Shown here in pieces: positions 1 through 10,380 of a stretch of 64,000 nt of DNA. Position 1 is the stretch's first letter, and every line of letters starts with the position of its first letter. The DNA comes from Acidimicrobiia bacterium. GTDB taxonomy: Bacteria; Actinomycetota; Acidimicrobiia; Spongiisociales; Spongiisociaceae. The DNA lies in assembly GCA_041576165.1 (NCBI GenBank), contig JBFGLM010000010.1:48284-112283 (forward strand). Reading direction: 5' to 3'. The notes under the pieces were generated by a model. It had not been told where the DNA came from. It did not search any database and saw nothing but the letters and a program-made list of their open reading frames with translations. The position numbers and the translations under genes were made by a program.

Positions 1-1056
1 GTTGCCTTCGCAGCCGAGGAGCTCGGCGGGAAACTGCGGACTGGCAACTCCGTGACCGTCGGAGCCGATGAGACCGTAGCCGACAACCTCTACGCATTCG
101 CAGGTACGGTCAGCGTCGACGGGACGGTCGACGGAGACGTCGTGGCGGCCGGCGGCAACGTCTCCATCGACGGGATCGTCACCGGCGACGTGCTCGCCAG
201 CGGCGGCCAGATCCAGATCTCGGGGGAGGTCATGGGTGACGCCCGGTTGTCGGGTGGCCAGGTTTCCGTCACAGGAGATGTGGGCGGGGATGTTGCAGTG
301 GTGGGTGGGGACATCGAGCTCGCGGGCGCCGTCGGCGCAGACGTTTTGTTTGGAGCGGGACAAGTGCGGCTTACGGGCGAAGTGGCCGGAAACGTGTTCG
401 GCTCGAGTGGTAGCTACGAGCGCAGCGGCACGATTGGCGGCACCGAAGACGTCGCCGTTCCGCAGCCGGAACCGACCACGTTCAGCGATCAGGTGATCAG
501 CGTGGTGCAGCGTTTCGTTGCGTTGTTCCTCGTCGGCCTCGTGGCCGTGTTCGCACTGCGCCGACCGTTGGAGGCGGTGCTCACCCGGGCACGGACCCGG
601 CCGGGCGCGAGCCTGCTCTACGGCCTGATCTTCACTGCCTTGCTGATGGCGCTGCTGGTGCTCCTGATCCTTGCCGGGATAGTGGTGTCGGTCGTCTTTG
701 GTTTGCTGGGCCTGGGGTTGCTCGTCGGCACGTTCTGGTTCACATTCGTTGTGTTCTGGATTCTCACCGGGTTCACGGTGTTCGTGCTGGCGGTATATGG
801 GGCTCCCATCGTCGCAGCGCTGACCGGGGCTCGGCTGCTTCTCCGCAACCAGGAGACGGCCTGGATGCGGATCCTGGCACTGGCCCTTGGTCTGATCGCA
901 TTAGTGATCGTCACCGCCATCCCGGTGGTCGGGTGGGTGGTGGGCCTGCTCGCGTTCCTCTACGCAGCCGGTGCGGCTGTGCTCGCAGTACGCAACTTCG
1001 GGGCAGGCGACCGACCCGAGGTGACGGTCGGCAAAGGCGAGCTCCCGCAGCCATGA
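1..1056 (+). CDS. Polymer-forming cytoskeletal (bactofilin-like beta-helix) repeat membrane protein, 5' truncated by the window edge
   Basis: Frame is open from position 1. It has repeated GxVxGDV..xGGxVxIxG units followed by about 5 hydrophobic helices. Confidence 0.75.
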   Translation, partial: VAFAAEELGGKLRTGNSVTVGADETVADNLYAFAGTVSVDGTVDGDVVAAGGNVSIDGIVTGDVLASGGQIQISGEVMGDARLSGGQVSVTGDVGGDVAVVGGDIELAGAVGADVLFGAGQVRLTGEVAGNVFGSSGSYERSGTIGGTEDVAVPQPEPTTFSDQVISVVQRFVALFLVGLVAVFALRRPLEAVLTRARTRPGASLLYGLIFTALLMALLVLLILAGIVVSVVFGLLGLGLLVGTFWFTFVVFWILTGFTVFVLAVYGAPIVAALTGARLLLRNQETAWMRILALALGLIALVIVTAIPVVGWVVGLLAFLYAAGAAVLAVRNFGAGDRPEVTVGKGELPQP

Positions 1057-1231
1057 GCTGCGGGCTCGCTTCAGCGGAGGTATCGCCATACCGCCACCGG
1101 CGATGGTGGGTTTGAGCTAGCGGGCAGGCTTGGAGCCACGGTCCTCGGTGTGCAATGCGACTGTTCGCCGCCTGGACATGGCCGGCGAGCGCAGCCTCAG
1201 CCCTGCGAGCTGAGCGCCTCCGGCGCCATCG

Positions 1232-2227
1232 CTACTCCCGAGCCCGAATCTCCGCCAGATCCACCACCGTCCCCGTGGCTGCGCTCTCAACGATGCCCTC
1301 CAGGATCGCCACCACCTCGAAAGCCTCGGGTCCGCCCGTCTCGGGCGCCCTGCCGTTGCGCACGTTGACGGCGAACTCCTCCAGTTCGTCCCGGACGGTG
1401 TCGAGCGTCTCGACCGGCTGTTCGGTTCGGTCCTTCTCGCCGACCCGTTGGATGTAGAACTTCTCGCCGTCAACCTCGTTCCAGGCGGCCGCTTCGGTTC
1501 CCCACACGGCGGTGCGGGCGATGTCGGGGATCACCATGGCGGTCCCGAGTGATGCCAGGGCGCCGCTTTCGAATTCGAGAGTTGCATGGGTCACGTCGTC
1601 GAGGGTGCCGACGCCAATCACCTGGCGGCTGAAGGCTGCCAGACGGGCCGGCCGACCCAGGAGATAGATGAGGTTGTCGGCCATGTGTACACCGAGGCCG
1701 GTCATCCCGCCGGCCGGGCTCTCGGCAGGGTCGCCCCGCCAGCCGGTCCGCGGATTGAGGCCTTTGGGATAGGACAGGTTGGCCTCGGCGTAGTGGATCA
1801 TCCCGAACTCCCCTGCGTCGACCATCCCCCGGAGGCGACGAGTCGCGGGCTGGCGGCGGCGATTGTGGCCGACCTGCAAGATCACATCGGCGGCGTTGGC
1901 TGCCTCGATGGCCCGGCGGGCCTCGGCCACCGAAAGAGTGAACGGTTTGTCCACAAAGACGTGCTTACCCGCTGCGGCCGCCTCGGCGACGAGGTCGGCA
2001 TGGGTCGAATGAGGCGTGGCGATCATCACTGCCTCGACCTCGGGGTCCGAAAGAAGCTCGTCGAGCGACTCGGCCGGGCGCAAGCCGTGGGTGCTGGCGA
2101 ACTCTTCACGGGTTTCGCGGGTGCGGGCAAAACAGCTGACGAGATCGAGCCCTGCCATCTTGCCCTTGTCCGCAAGCATGCCGCCCCACCAACCCAATCC
2201 AATTGATCCGACGCGCAAAGGTTCCAC
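1232..2227 (-). CDS. Gfo/Idh/MocA family oxidoreductase
   Basis: IGLGWWG Rossmann motif, ATPHSTH, VDKP, VGHNRR. GTG start re-picked downstream of a GAGGAG RBS. Confidence 0.9.
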   Translation of the reverse strand: MEPLRVGSIGLGWWGGMLADKGKMAGLDLVSCFARTRETREEFASTHGLRPAESLDELLSDPEVEAVMIATPHSTHADLVAEAAAAGKHVFVDKPFTLSVAEARRAIEAANAADVILQVGHNRRRQPATRRLRGMVDAGEFGMIHYAEANLSYPKGLNPRTGWRGDPAESPAGGMTGLGVHMADNLIYLLGRPARLAAFSRQVIGVGTLDDVTHATLEFESGALASLGTAMVIPDIARTAVWGTEAAAWNEVDGEKFYIQRVGEKDRTEQPVETLDTVRDELEEFAVNVRNGRAPETGGPEAFEVVAILEGIVESAATGTVVDLAEIRARE

Positions 2228-2431
2228 TGATCGCTCCTCGGGCTCTGGGGAATCCAGCTGCGCTCGAGCGCCGACGCGGACGCAGAGCCAGGTGACCATA
2301 CCTTCTCAGAGCTGCCGCCTCACATTCCCGTGGCCAGTCTTCGGGGGCCCAGTAGTGCGGGGCATCGTACGATGCCACCTTCACAAACCGTCGGCGCCGG
2401 TGGCTGGCGCCCCAACCACAGGAGCAGAACC

Positions 2432-3421
2432 GTGCCCATCATTGACATGCATTCCCACTGGACGCCGCGCAGATACAAGGAGGCAGTGGAGGAACGAGGC
2501 GAGTGGTACGGCCTCGACGGGAACGTGGGCGAGCTCAACCGTGGCGGCTTTGCCAAATCGTTACCCGATCGGTTGGCCGAGATGGACGCGCTCGGAGTGG
2601 AGATGCAACTCGTCACGCCGACTGTCGGGTTCTACCAGTACGACAGGGACGTCGATCTCACCACCCGCATCCACCGCGAATGCAACGCGGAGATCGTCGA
2701 CTTGATGACCGAGTATCCGACCCGATTCGCCGGTCTGGCGATGGTGCCGATGCAGGACCCGGCGGCGGCCATCGGCGAGATGGAACGGGCTATGACCGAG
2801 CAGGGTTTCTCGGGAGTTGTGCTGAGCGACCATGTTGGTCCCAAGACATACGACGAACCCGAGTTCCTGCCCTTCTTTGCCGCCGCAGAGGAACTCGGCG
2901 CGATTCTCTTCTTCCACCAGGGCGCCGACACCTGTGTCGGGGAGCGCATTCAGCGGTACAAGCTGACGAACGCGGTCGGCAATCTAACCGAGCGGACGCT
3001 TGTCTACGCGACGCTGGTGTTCGGTGGCGTGATGGATCGTTTCCCGGACCTGAAGCCGCTGCTCGCACACGGCGGCGGGTACACCGCGTATGGGATCGCC
3101 CGCATGGACAAAGTGGCGGGTGCGCTGGAGGGATCTGACGAGTTGGCGCCGCCCTTCCCCGAGCCCGACGCTTTCGCGCAGCAACTGCCGCCGAGCGAGT
3201 ACCTGGGTCGTTTCCACTATGACTGCTGCACGTACAGCGGACCGGTGCTGCGGTTTCTCATCGACACGGTGGGAATCGACAACGTGGTGCTTGGGACCGA
3301 CTACCCCGCGCCGATGTTTCTGCCTGATCCGGTCAACTGGGTCAGAGGGTTGCCGGAGCTGACCGCCGGCGAACAGGAAGCGATCCTCGCCTCGAACCCG
3401 TCCACGCTGCTCGGGGTGTGA
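2432..3421 (+). CDS. Amidohydrolase_2 family protein (ACMSD-like decarboxylase/hydratase)
   Basis: IDMHSH, FFHQ, AHGGG and GTDYP motifs. AGGAG RBS before the GTG at 2432. Confidence 0.9.
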   Translation: MPIIDMHSHWTPRRYKEAVEERGEWYGLDGNVGELNRGGFAKSLPDRLAEMDALGVEMQLVTPTVGFYQYDRDVDLTTRIHRECNAEIVDLMTEYPTRFAGLAMVPMQDPAAAIGEMERAMTEQGFSGVVLSDHVGPKTYDEPEFLPFFAAAEELGAILFFHQGADTCVGERIQRYKLTNAVGNLTERTLVYATLVFGGVMDRFPDLKPLLAHGGGYTAYGIARMDKVAGALEGSDELAPPFPEPDAFAQQLPPSEYLGRFHYDCCTYSGPVLRFLIDTVGIDNVVLGTDYPAPMFLPDPVNWVRGLPELTAGEQEAILASNPSTLLGV

Positions 3422-3497
3422 CCCGAGCCCCAGCCCGTATCATGCAAAATATATGGTTTAGCCTGCGGCGCCTGGCCGAATGGTGGAGGAGAGGTGC

Positions 3498-4595
3498 ATG
3501 ACGAGACAGAGACGAGACATCGGACTCGGGGTTGTTGGCACCGGCAAGATCGGAATGCAGCGGGCCCGGCTGGCCGCCCAGCATCCGGCCGTGGATTTTC
3601 TCGGCCTGATGGACGCCGACCACAGCAAGGCTGTCGGGATCGCCGAAGACCTCGATGCTGATCTCGTGACTGAGACGGTGGAGGAACTGGCGGCGGATGA
3701 GCGGGTCGACGCCATCGTCATCTCGACCGACGAACCGCATCACACCGAGCCGGCGCTGGCAGCGCTGGCAGCCGAGAAGCCGGTCTTGATCGAAAAGCCG
3801 CTGGCGTTGACGCTGGCCGACGCCGACAAGATCGTTGCTGCGGCCCGGGCAGCCGGAGTCGACGTCCGGGTGGGATACTCGATGCGCTACCTCCAGAAGT
3901 ACTCCGTCGGATGGGACAACGTCGCCTCGGGCAAGATCGGTGACGTCGTCGGGCTCACGGGGAGGGTGTACAGCTCGCGGGCCCAGGGACTAACCATCCT
4001 CAATCGCTCGGCCGAGGCCACCCCAGTCATCGACGTCGCCACCTATCTGGTGGATGTCGCGTGCTGGTATCTCGCCCCGCAGGTCCCCGTCGAGGTGGTT
4101 GCGAGGGGACACGGAAGTGTGTTCCGGGATCATGGTTTTGACGTCGACGACGCGGCTTGGTCGCTTGTTCGCTTCAGCGATGGAAGCGTGGTCGACGTAG
4201 GCGTGTGCTACTCGCTGCCGGAGCGGTTCCCGACGACGGGCCAGAGCATCCGGCTGGAGGTCTTTGGTACTGAGGGCGCGTTGCTCATCGACGACGACCA
4301 CCGCGACCAGATCCTCTACACGGAACAGGGTTATAGGAACACATACGCCACCCACCAGGTGATGAACCTGGCGTTCCTGGGCAGCCGCAGCACAGGTGAG
4401 TGGGTGGGTGAGCAAATGTTCGGACGTCTGGCCGACGAAACTCGTGCGTGGATCGATCATGTCGCGACCGGGGCGGGCTGCTATCTAACCACGGTGGACG
4501 AAGCCCGCACGGTGCTGGCCGTGACGCTGGCGATGGAAGAATCGCTCTCCACCGGCGCGGCGGTGGCGGTCGAGCCATCGGGAGGAGAAGCGTGA
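3498..4595 (+). CDS. Gfo/Idh/MocA family oxidoreductase (inositol-dehydrogenase-like clade)
   Basis: VVGTGKIG, IEKP, VGYSMRY. GGAGG RBS. Confidence 0.9.
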   Translation: MTRQRRDIGLGVVGTGKIGMQRARLAAQHPAVDFLGLMDADHSKAVGIAEDLDADLVTETVEELAADERVDAIVISTDEPHHTEPALAALAAEKPVLIEKPLALTLADADKIVAAARAAGVDVRVGYSMRYLQKYSVGWDNVASGKIGDVVGLTGRVYSSRAQGLTILNRSAEATPVIDVATYLVDVACWYLAPQVPVEVVARGHGSVFRDHGFDVDDAAWSLVRFSDGSVVDVGVCYSLPERFPTTGQSIRLEVFGTEGALLIDDDHRDQILYTEQGYRNTYATHQVMNLAFLGSRSTGEWVGEQMFGRLADETRAWIDHVATGAGCYLTTVDEARTVLAVTLAMEESLSTGAAVAVEPSGGEA

Positions 4596-5620
4596 CCAGT
4601 ATCGCCGTGGTCGGCACTGGAGCCATCGGCGGCAGCGTCGCCGCCGACCTGACCGCAGCCGGCCACGATGTGACGATGATCGATCAGTGGCCGGCGCATG
4701 TGGAGCGGATGCGGGCGGAAGGCCTGCGGATAGAAATGCCCGACCTCAAGCTGCATGTGGACGTCAACGCCAATCACATTTGTGATTTGGCATCAATGAA
4801 GCCCAGCTTCGACATCGTTCTGGTGTGCGTGAAGTCCTACGACACCAAGTGGGCGGTTCAGCTGATTGAGCCGTACCTGGCCCGCAACGGCGTACTGGTT
4901 GGAATACAGAACTCCATGAACGATGACGCCCACGGCGAGATCGTCGGTCGCGAGCGGACGGTCGGATGTGCGATCGAGCTCTCGGCGACCTTCACCGAGC
5001 CGGGGGTCGTGATCCGTAACACGACCCGGAAAGGGACGTGGCTCACGGTCGGAGAGCTGGACGGATCCGTCACGGCCAGGGTCGAGATGCTGGCAGGCCT
5101 CCTGTCGGAGGTGGCCCAAACGGAGATCACCACCAACATCTACGGTTCCAAGTGGACGAAGCTGGTTGCCAACAGCATGACCATGGGTCCCAATGGAATG
5201 TTCGGCCTCACCAACTGGGAAGCTGCGCGCTTGCCGGGCATGCGGGACATCTCGGTCAGCCTCGGTGTTGAGACCGTCGAGGTGGGGCGGGCTCTGGGCT
5301 ATGAGCTGGAGCCGGTATTCGGCCTGAGTCGCGAAGAGTTCACCGGCGACATCCACAATGTCCTGGGCAGGGCGATGGACACGCTCAACGCCCATGTCGG
5401 CAAAGACGCCGTCACCGCCGTGATCCAGGATCGGTGGCGGGGTCGGCGCAGCGAGTACGAGTTCATCACGGGGCTGGTGGTGCAAAAGGGTCGCGAGGTA
5501 GGCATAGATACGCCGTACAACGACGCCGTATTCGAGATCAACGACCAGATCGATCGCGGCCACCTCGAAATGACCCCCGCCAACCTGGATCGCCTCAAGG
5601 CCTTGCTGGCAGAGGCGTGA
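4592..5620 (+). CDS. Ketopantoate reductase (PanE/ApbA) family protein, paralog 1
   Basis: GTGAIGG, VKSYD, QNS, KWTKLVAN, RRSE. GTGA overlap with the upstream stop. Confidence 0.88.
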   Translation: MTSIAVVGTGAIGGSVAADLTAAGHDVTMIDQWPAHVERMRAEGLRIEMPDLKLHVDVNANHICDLASMKPSFDIVLVCVKSYDTKWAVQLIEPYLARNGVLVGIQNSMNDDAHGEIVGRERTVGCAIELSATFTEPGVVIRNTTRKGTWLTVGELDGSVTARVEMLAGLLSEVAQTEITTNIYGSKWTKLVANSMTMGPNGMFGLTNWEAARLPGMRDISVSLGVETVEVGRALGYELEPVFGLSREEFTGDIHNVLGRAMDTLNAHVGKDAVTAVIQDRWRGRRSEYEFITGLVVQKGREVGIDTPYNDAVFEINDQIDRGHLEMTPANLDRLKALLAEA

Positions 5621-5651
5621 TCGTTCCTTTGCCCGAGCGTGGTCGGTTCGC

Positions 5652-6683
5652 ATGAATGAGTCGGTCGCGTTCGTGGGAGCGGGGGCGGTTGGGGGGAGCG
5701 TCGCCGCGGATTTGATCGACGCCGGGATTGAGCTGACGGTGGTCGATCAATGGCCAGAGCATGTTGAGGCCATGCGTCGGGGCGGATTACACGTGACCAT
5801 GCCGGGGCGCGACGTTCACGTACCGGTCGATGCCGGTCACCTGTGTGACCTGGCGTCCGGCAGACAAACCTTCGACACCGTGTTCACCGCCGTCAACGCG
5901 TACGACGCGAAATGGGTGGCGCGCCTGGTTGAGCCTTACCTGGCTTCGGATGGCGTGCTGGTCGGGATCCAAAACTCGATGACGATCCACGACCACGAGG
6001 CGGTGGTCGGGTCGGACCGGACCGTGGGTTGCGTGGTCGAGCTGTCGGCCCAGATGTTCGAACCCGCAGTCATCCAGCGCAACACCGACCGCACCGCCAC
6101 CTGGATAGCGGTCGGCGAACTCGACGGCTCCGTGACGAGGCGGGTAGAACGTCTGGCCGAGATGCTCTCGCACGCCGCGACCACCGCTGTCACCGCCAAC
6201 ATCTACGGCGCCAAGTGGACCAAGCTCGTCACGAACTCGATGATGATGGGCCCCTTTTGCCTCTTCGGCCTGCGGGAAAAAGAGGCGTCGCGACTGCCCG
6301 GCATGATGGAGATCTCGATCAGGCTGGGGCGTGAAGCGGCCGTAGTCGGCGAGGCGCTCGGGTACCAGCTGGAACCGCTGTTCGGACTGACGCCGGAGGA
6401 TTTCGCGGGTGGGGGCGACGACGTGCTGGCCAAAGCGCTCACGACGCTGCTCGACGATGTCGGCGAACAGGCGCTCAACACGATGATCCAGGACCACCTC
6501 AAAGGGCGCCGCAGTGAATACGAGCTGATCAACGGGCTCGTGGCTCGCCACGGCGCCGAACTGGGCGTACCCACTCCGGCCAACGATGCGGTGGTCGAGC
6601 TGTCTCGCCAGATCGACCGCGGACAGCTCGAGATGACTCCCGACAACCTAGACCGCCTGAAGTCGCTGATCGCTGAGGGCTGA
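5652..6683 (+). CDS. Ketopantoate reductase (PanE/ApbA) family protein, paralog 2
   Basis: GAGAVGG, QNS, KWTKLVTN, QDHLKGRRSE. Colinear with the upstream paralog. Confidence 0.88.
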   Translation: MNESVAFVGAGAVGGSVAADLIDAGIELTVVDQWPEHVEAMRRGGLHVTMPGRDVHVPVDAGHLCDLASGRQTFDTVFTAVNAYDAKWVARLVEPYLASDGVLVGIQNSMTIHDHEAVVGSDRTVGCVVELSAQMFEPAVIQRNTDRTATWIAVGELDGSVTRRVERLAEMLSHAATTAVTANIYGAKWTKLVTNSMMMGPFCLFGLREKEASRLPGMMEISIRLGREAAVVGEALGYQLEPLFGLTPEDFAGGGDDVLAKALTTLLDDVGEQALNTMIQDHLKGRRSEYELINGLVARHGAELGVPTPANDAVVELSRQIDRGQLEMTPDNLDRLKSLIAEG

Positions 6684-6744
6684 AGGCTGCAGCACGGAGG
6701 ATCCGCCTGCGTTTGTTGACCGGCCGGAGAGCGCCCCGTATTCT

Positions 6745-6758
6745 GCATTATGTAGGAT
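6745..6758. promoter_or_regulatory. Candidate shared operator GCATTATGTAGGAT upstream of the ABC importer
   Basis: 13/14 match to GCATTATGCAGGAT at 51038-51051. Both copies are intergenic AT-rich patches. Confidence 0.4.
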
Positions 6759-7070
6759 TTGCGATTCTCGCCTGCGAGGACGATTGCGCCGGCCGAGGCA
6801 AGGGAGGAGAGGATCAAGGTGCCTGCTGCTGTCGAGCCCATCCTCTCCAGTGGTCGGACGTGCGGTTGGTGACGACGACGACCCCGGGCTCACCGCCCGG
6901 AAGCTTCGATCGGGCGCTGTCCGCGAGTGGACTGCCAGCACCTCGCCGCGCCGCTGTGGGGCGGGAGGCGCCCTGAGCCACTCGATTGTTTAGAGAGGTC
7001 CGGCCAACCGCTGATCTGCGCTCAGATTCAACGGCTGGCCGACACACAAACACCTAGGAGGGAGACAAAG

Positions 7071-8426
7071 GTGATCACCATGTCGAGAAGACACTGGTTA
7101 CTGAAACTCATGGCATTGCTGGCCGTCCTGGCTCTGGTGGCTGCGGCCTGCGGCGGCGACGACGAGCCTGCGGCGACCACTGCTGCTGAGGCCGACGAGG
7201 GCACCACGGAGGAGACCGCAGCCGCTGGCGAACAGGTCGATCTGTTGATCTGGGCTTCCCGCGACTACTACCGCCCGCCGGATCTCTGGCAGGGCTTCAT
7301 GGAAGACAACCCGAACATCAACGTGACCGTCCAAGTCGAAGCGAACGACGACATCCTCCAACAGATGCAGCGTATGCAGGACGCCGGCCAGCGGTTGCCT
7401 GACGTCATCCAGGACGACACGTTCCTGATCGAGGCCTACGCCAACGCCGGCCTGCTGATGGATCACACGCCGCTGAAGGAACGGTGGGAGCAGGAGGACC
7501 CCGACGCGTACAACGAGATCCTCCCGATCGCGTGGGAAGAGAACCTCTTCCCGGCCGATGACCCGACCGGGCTGTACGGCGTGTCGCTGACCGCCAACTT
7601 CGACATCATCTACTACAACATCCCGGTGTGTGAGGCAGCCGGCGTCAACTGCTCCGAGATCACGACCCTCGACGGCTTCCTCGAGGCGATGCGGGAGGTC
7701 AAGGCGGCGAGTCCAGACATCATCCCGCTGACGGTCCAGGCGCTGCCCGGCACCGGCGTCACGACGCTCAAGACCATGTTCAGCGCGGCCGGCGCACCGT
7801 ACGACGGGGCGGTCCCGGACCTGCAATCAGAGGGTGGGATCTACACGCTGCAATGGTTCCTGGATGCTTCGAATGATGGGCTGCTGCCCCCCGAGGCGAT
7901 CACCTGGGGTGAGGATCAGGCGCGTGCGGCCTTTGCCGGCCAACGGGCGGCCTTCATCCTCGACGGGTTCACTGTGGCCGGTGAGTACAACGCAGTCGAG
8001 GGCTTCGAACTCGGATCGGGCTGGGGCGTGGTTCCTTCGCCCACCCGGGGCGACGGCAACCAGATCTCCAACGCGAGGACCTGGGCCGTCACCACCGGCG
8101 CCGAGGAGCGGGGCGTCGAGTGGGAGGCCTTCCAGGCGATCGCCCACGTCGGCACGGTGGATCAGCTGGTTGATGCTGCAGCGGGTGGCTCGGTGCCCAT
8201 GCGCAACAGCGTTGCGCTCGCAGATCCGCGGCTCGATGAGATCTGGCCGTTCTTCGACGAGAACCTCCGGGCGGCATATTCCGGGAGCGACTCCGTCCCG
8301 GCCGGCCTCAACGGTGGCGAGGTCGAACTGGTGCTGGAGGAACTCTTCGGCGAGATCGTCGTTGGGACGGACAAAACGGCCCAAGAGCTCGCAGACGAGT
8401 ACCAGCCCAAGCTCGATGCGCTGTAA
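7071..8426 (+). CDS. Carbohydrate-type (CUT1) ABC transporter substrate-binding lipoprotein
   Basis: Signal peptide with lipobox LVAAAC, acidic Thr/Ala tether and SBP_bac-like body. AGGAGGGAG RBS. Followed by two permeases. Confidence 0.9.
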   Translation: MITMSRRHWLLKLMALLAVLALVAAACGGDDEPAATTAAEADEGTTEETAAAGEQVDLLIWASRDYYRPPDLWQGFMEDNPNINVTVQVEANDDILQQMQRMQDAGQRLPDVIQDDTFLIEAYANAGLLMDHTPLKERWEQEDPDAYNEILPIAWEENLFPADDPTGLYGVSLTANFDIIYYNIPVCEAAGVNCSEITTLDGFLEAMREVKAASPDIIPLTVQALPGTGVTTLKTMFSAAGAPYDGAVPDLQSEGGIYTLQWFLDASNDGLLPPEAITWGEDQARAAFAGQRAAFILDGFTVAGEYNAVEGFELGSGWGVVPSPTRGDGNQISNARTWAVTTGAEERGVEWEAFQAIAHVGTVDQLVDAAAGGSVPMRNSVALADPRLDEIWPFFDENLRAAYSGSDSVPAGLNGGEVELVLEELFGEIVVGTDKTAQELADEYQPKLDAL

Positions 8427-8447
8427 GTCCAACACGCAATGACCCGA

Positions 8448-8495
8448 CGCCTGCGCACGCCGTTTCCGTTCAAGCGGATCCGGCGTGCGCAGGCG
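8448..8495 (+). terminator. Strong stem-loop between the SBP and permease genes (attenuator or mRNA stabiliser)
   Basis: 15-bp perfect inverted repeat CGCCTGCGCACGCCG...CGGCGTGCGCAGGCG with no U-tract. Confidence 0.6.
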
Positions 8496-8539
8496 GTCGA
8501 TTTCGGGCATGCTTGCTTGGACGTCATTGGAACGGGTAG

Positions 8540-9475
8540 ATGACCGCAACCCGTGAACGCACTGGGAGCCCGGAGGCGGTCTCCGTCGAGCCCTCGGCCG
8601 GCCCGATCGGCCAGAGCAAGCTCACGCCGTACCTGTTCTCGTTCCCCGCCATTCTGGCCGTGAGCGCGATGCTGGCGTTCCCGGTCCTATACGGAATCTG
8701 GGAGAGCCTGTACCGGGCGCCTGAGCTGGGCCTGCCGGAGGAGTTCGTCGGTGCCCAGAACTACATCGACATGTTCGGCGATGGCGATTTCTGGAACGCC
8801 CTCTACCGGACGGCCATCTTCGTAAGCGGTTGCCTCCTGGTCGGCACCTCGCTCGGGTTGTTCTTCGCGTTTGCGTTGTTCCGGGCCGCCGGCCGCCTGC
8901 GTTTCATGCGGGCGACGACGCTCGCGCCCTATCTCATCTCGAATGTCGCCGCCGCGGTGATGTTCCGTATCCTGTTCCAGTCGGACCTCGGCCTGATCAA
9001 TGAAACTCTCGCCTGGGTTGGCATCGACGGGCCGTCATGGTTGTCGGACACGACGTGGGCGATGGCGGTCGTCATCTTCACGCAGGTCTGGACCGACATA
9101 CCGCTGACGATCTTGCTGTTGCTCGGGGGCCTGATGACCATCGATCAGTCGTACCTCGATGCCGCCCTCGTCGACGGCGCGTCGGGCTGGCAGCGGGCTC
9201 GTCATCTAACCATTCCTCTGCTGGCTCCCCAGCTCGTGATCACCACAGTCTGGCTGAGCTACTCGACGCTCACCGGGTTGGGCGTGGTCCTGGCGCTCAC
9301 CGGTGGCGGCCCGCTCGGCTCCACAACGACGATGGCAATGGAGATGTACAACGTCGCCTTTCGAGCGCTCAAGTTCAACCAGGCACTGGCGCTGGCGACC
9401 TTCATCCTGGTGCTGAACGCCCTGCTCACGCTGATGTACATCACGGTCGCCCGCAGATACGAGATCGAGCTCTGA
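8540..9475 (+). CDS. Carbohydrate ABC transporter permease (MalF-like)
   Basis: FVGAQNY motif, EAA-like loop DAALVDGASGWQ, about 6 TM helices. Confidence 0.92.
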   Translation: MTATRERTGSPEAVSVEPSAGPIGQSKLTPYLFSFPAILAVSAMLAFPVLYGIWESLYRAPELGLPEEFVGAQNYIDMFGDGDFWNALYRTAIFVSGCLLVGTSLGLFFAFALFRAAGRLRFMRATTLAPYLISNVAAAVMFRILFQSDLGLINETLAWVGIDGPSWLSDTTWAMAVVIFTQVWTDIPLTILLLLGGLMTIDQSYLDAALVDGASGWQRARHLTIPLLAPQLVITTVWLSYSTLTGLGVVLALTGGGPLGSTTTMAMEMYNVAFRALKFNQALALATFILVLNALLTLMYITVARRYEIEL

Positions 9476-10365
9476 TGGCGACCGCATCTGCCACCCCCGG
9501 TATCACGGAACGCCACATAGCCGGCACCAGCAGGTCTCCGCTGGCCAGGCTCGGCCGTCGGACGCTCGTTGGGCTGCCCCTGCTGCTGCTGGCGTTGTGG
9601 ACGTTCATCCCGTTCCTGATCACGATCTCGATCTCGTTCAAGTCCAAGTTCGAGTCCTATGCCAACCTCGGGCTGATTCCGGCAGATCCGACCCTGGCGG
9701 CGTATCGGGAGGTCCTGGCCGATCCCAACTTCGTATCCGCTTTCATCAACAGCATCATCGTGGGTTTCGGCACGGCCATCCTGACGACGATCATCGGACT
9801 CCCGGCCGCGTATGCGTTCGCCCGGTTCCGGTTCCGGGGACGGCATCTGCTGCTGCTGTTCACCCTGCTGCCCCGCCTCGTGCCGAGCATCGGGATCATG
9901 GTCCCCATCTACCGGCTCGCCGTCGTCACCGGGATGCTCGACCGGCGGCTTACCCTGATCATCGTCTACACCGGGATGCTCGCACCGCTGGCCGTGTGGT
10001 TGATGGTGGGCTTCTTCCAACAGATCCCGCGCGACATCGAAGAGGCCGCGGACGTCGACGGCGCCTCCCTGTGGCAGCGCATGCTGCATATCGTCGTACC
10101 CCTCGCCGCTCCGGCGCTGATCACCATCGCGGTGCTGGCGTTCCGGGAGGCCTGGAACGAGTTCACTCTCGTCCTCGTACTCACGACAACGGCGGAGACC
10201 CGAACTCTCCCGTTCGCACTGTTCAAGCTCGGTCAGAGCGAGGGACTGACCAACTTCCCGGCGGAGGCGGCGTTCGCGATCATCACGGTGCTGCCCTTCA
10301 TCCTGGTGTACACGCGGATCGAGCGTTACGTGGTTGCCGGCCTAACGGCGGGATCCTCCAAGTAG
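9475..10365 (+). CDS. Carbohydrate ABC transporter permease (MalG-like)
   Basis: AAYAFARFRFRG, IPRDIEEAADVDGAS, AWNEF. TGATG overlap with the upstream gene. Confidence 0.92.
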   Translation: MATASATPGITERHIAGTSRSPLARLGRRTLVGLPLLLLALWTFIPFLITISISFKSKFESYANLGLIPADPTLAAYREVLADPNFVSAFINSIIVGFGTAILTTIIGLPAAYAFARFRFRGRHLLLLFTLLPRLVPSIGIMVPIYRLAVVTGMLDRRLTLIIVYTGMLAPLAVWLMVGFFQQIPRDIEEAADVDGASLWQRMLHIVVPLAAPALITIAVLAFREAWNEFTLVLVLTTTAETRTLPFALFKLGQSEGLTNFPAEAAFAIITVLPFILVYTRIERYVVAGLTAGSSK

Positions 10366-10380
10366 TGGCCGCAGCGGGTG

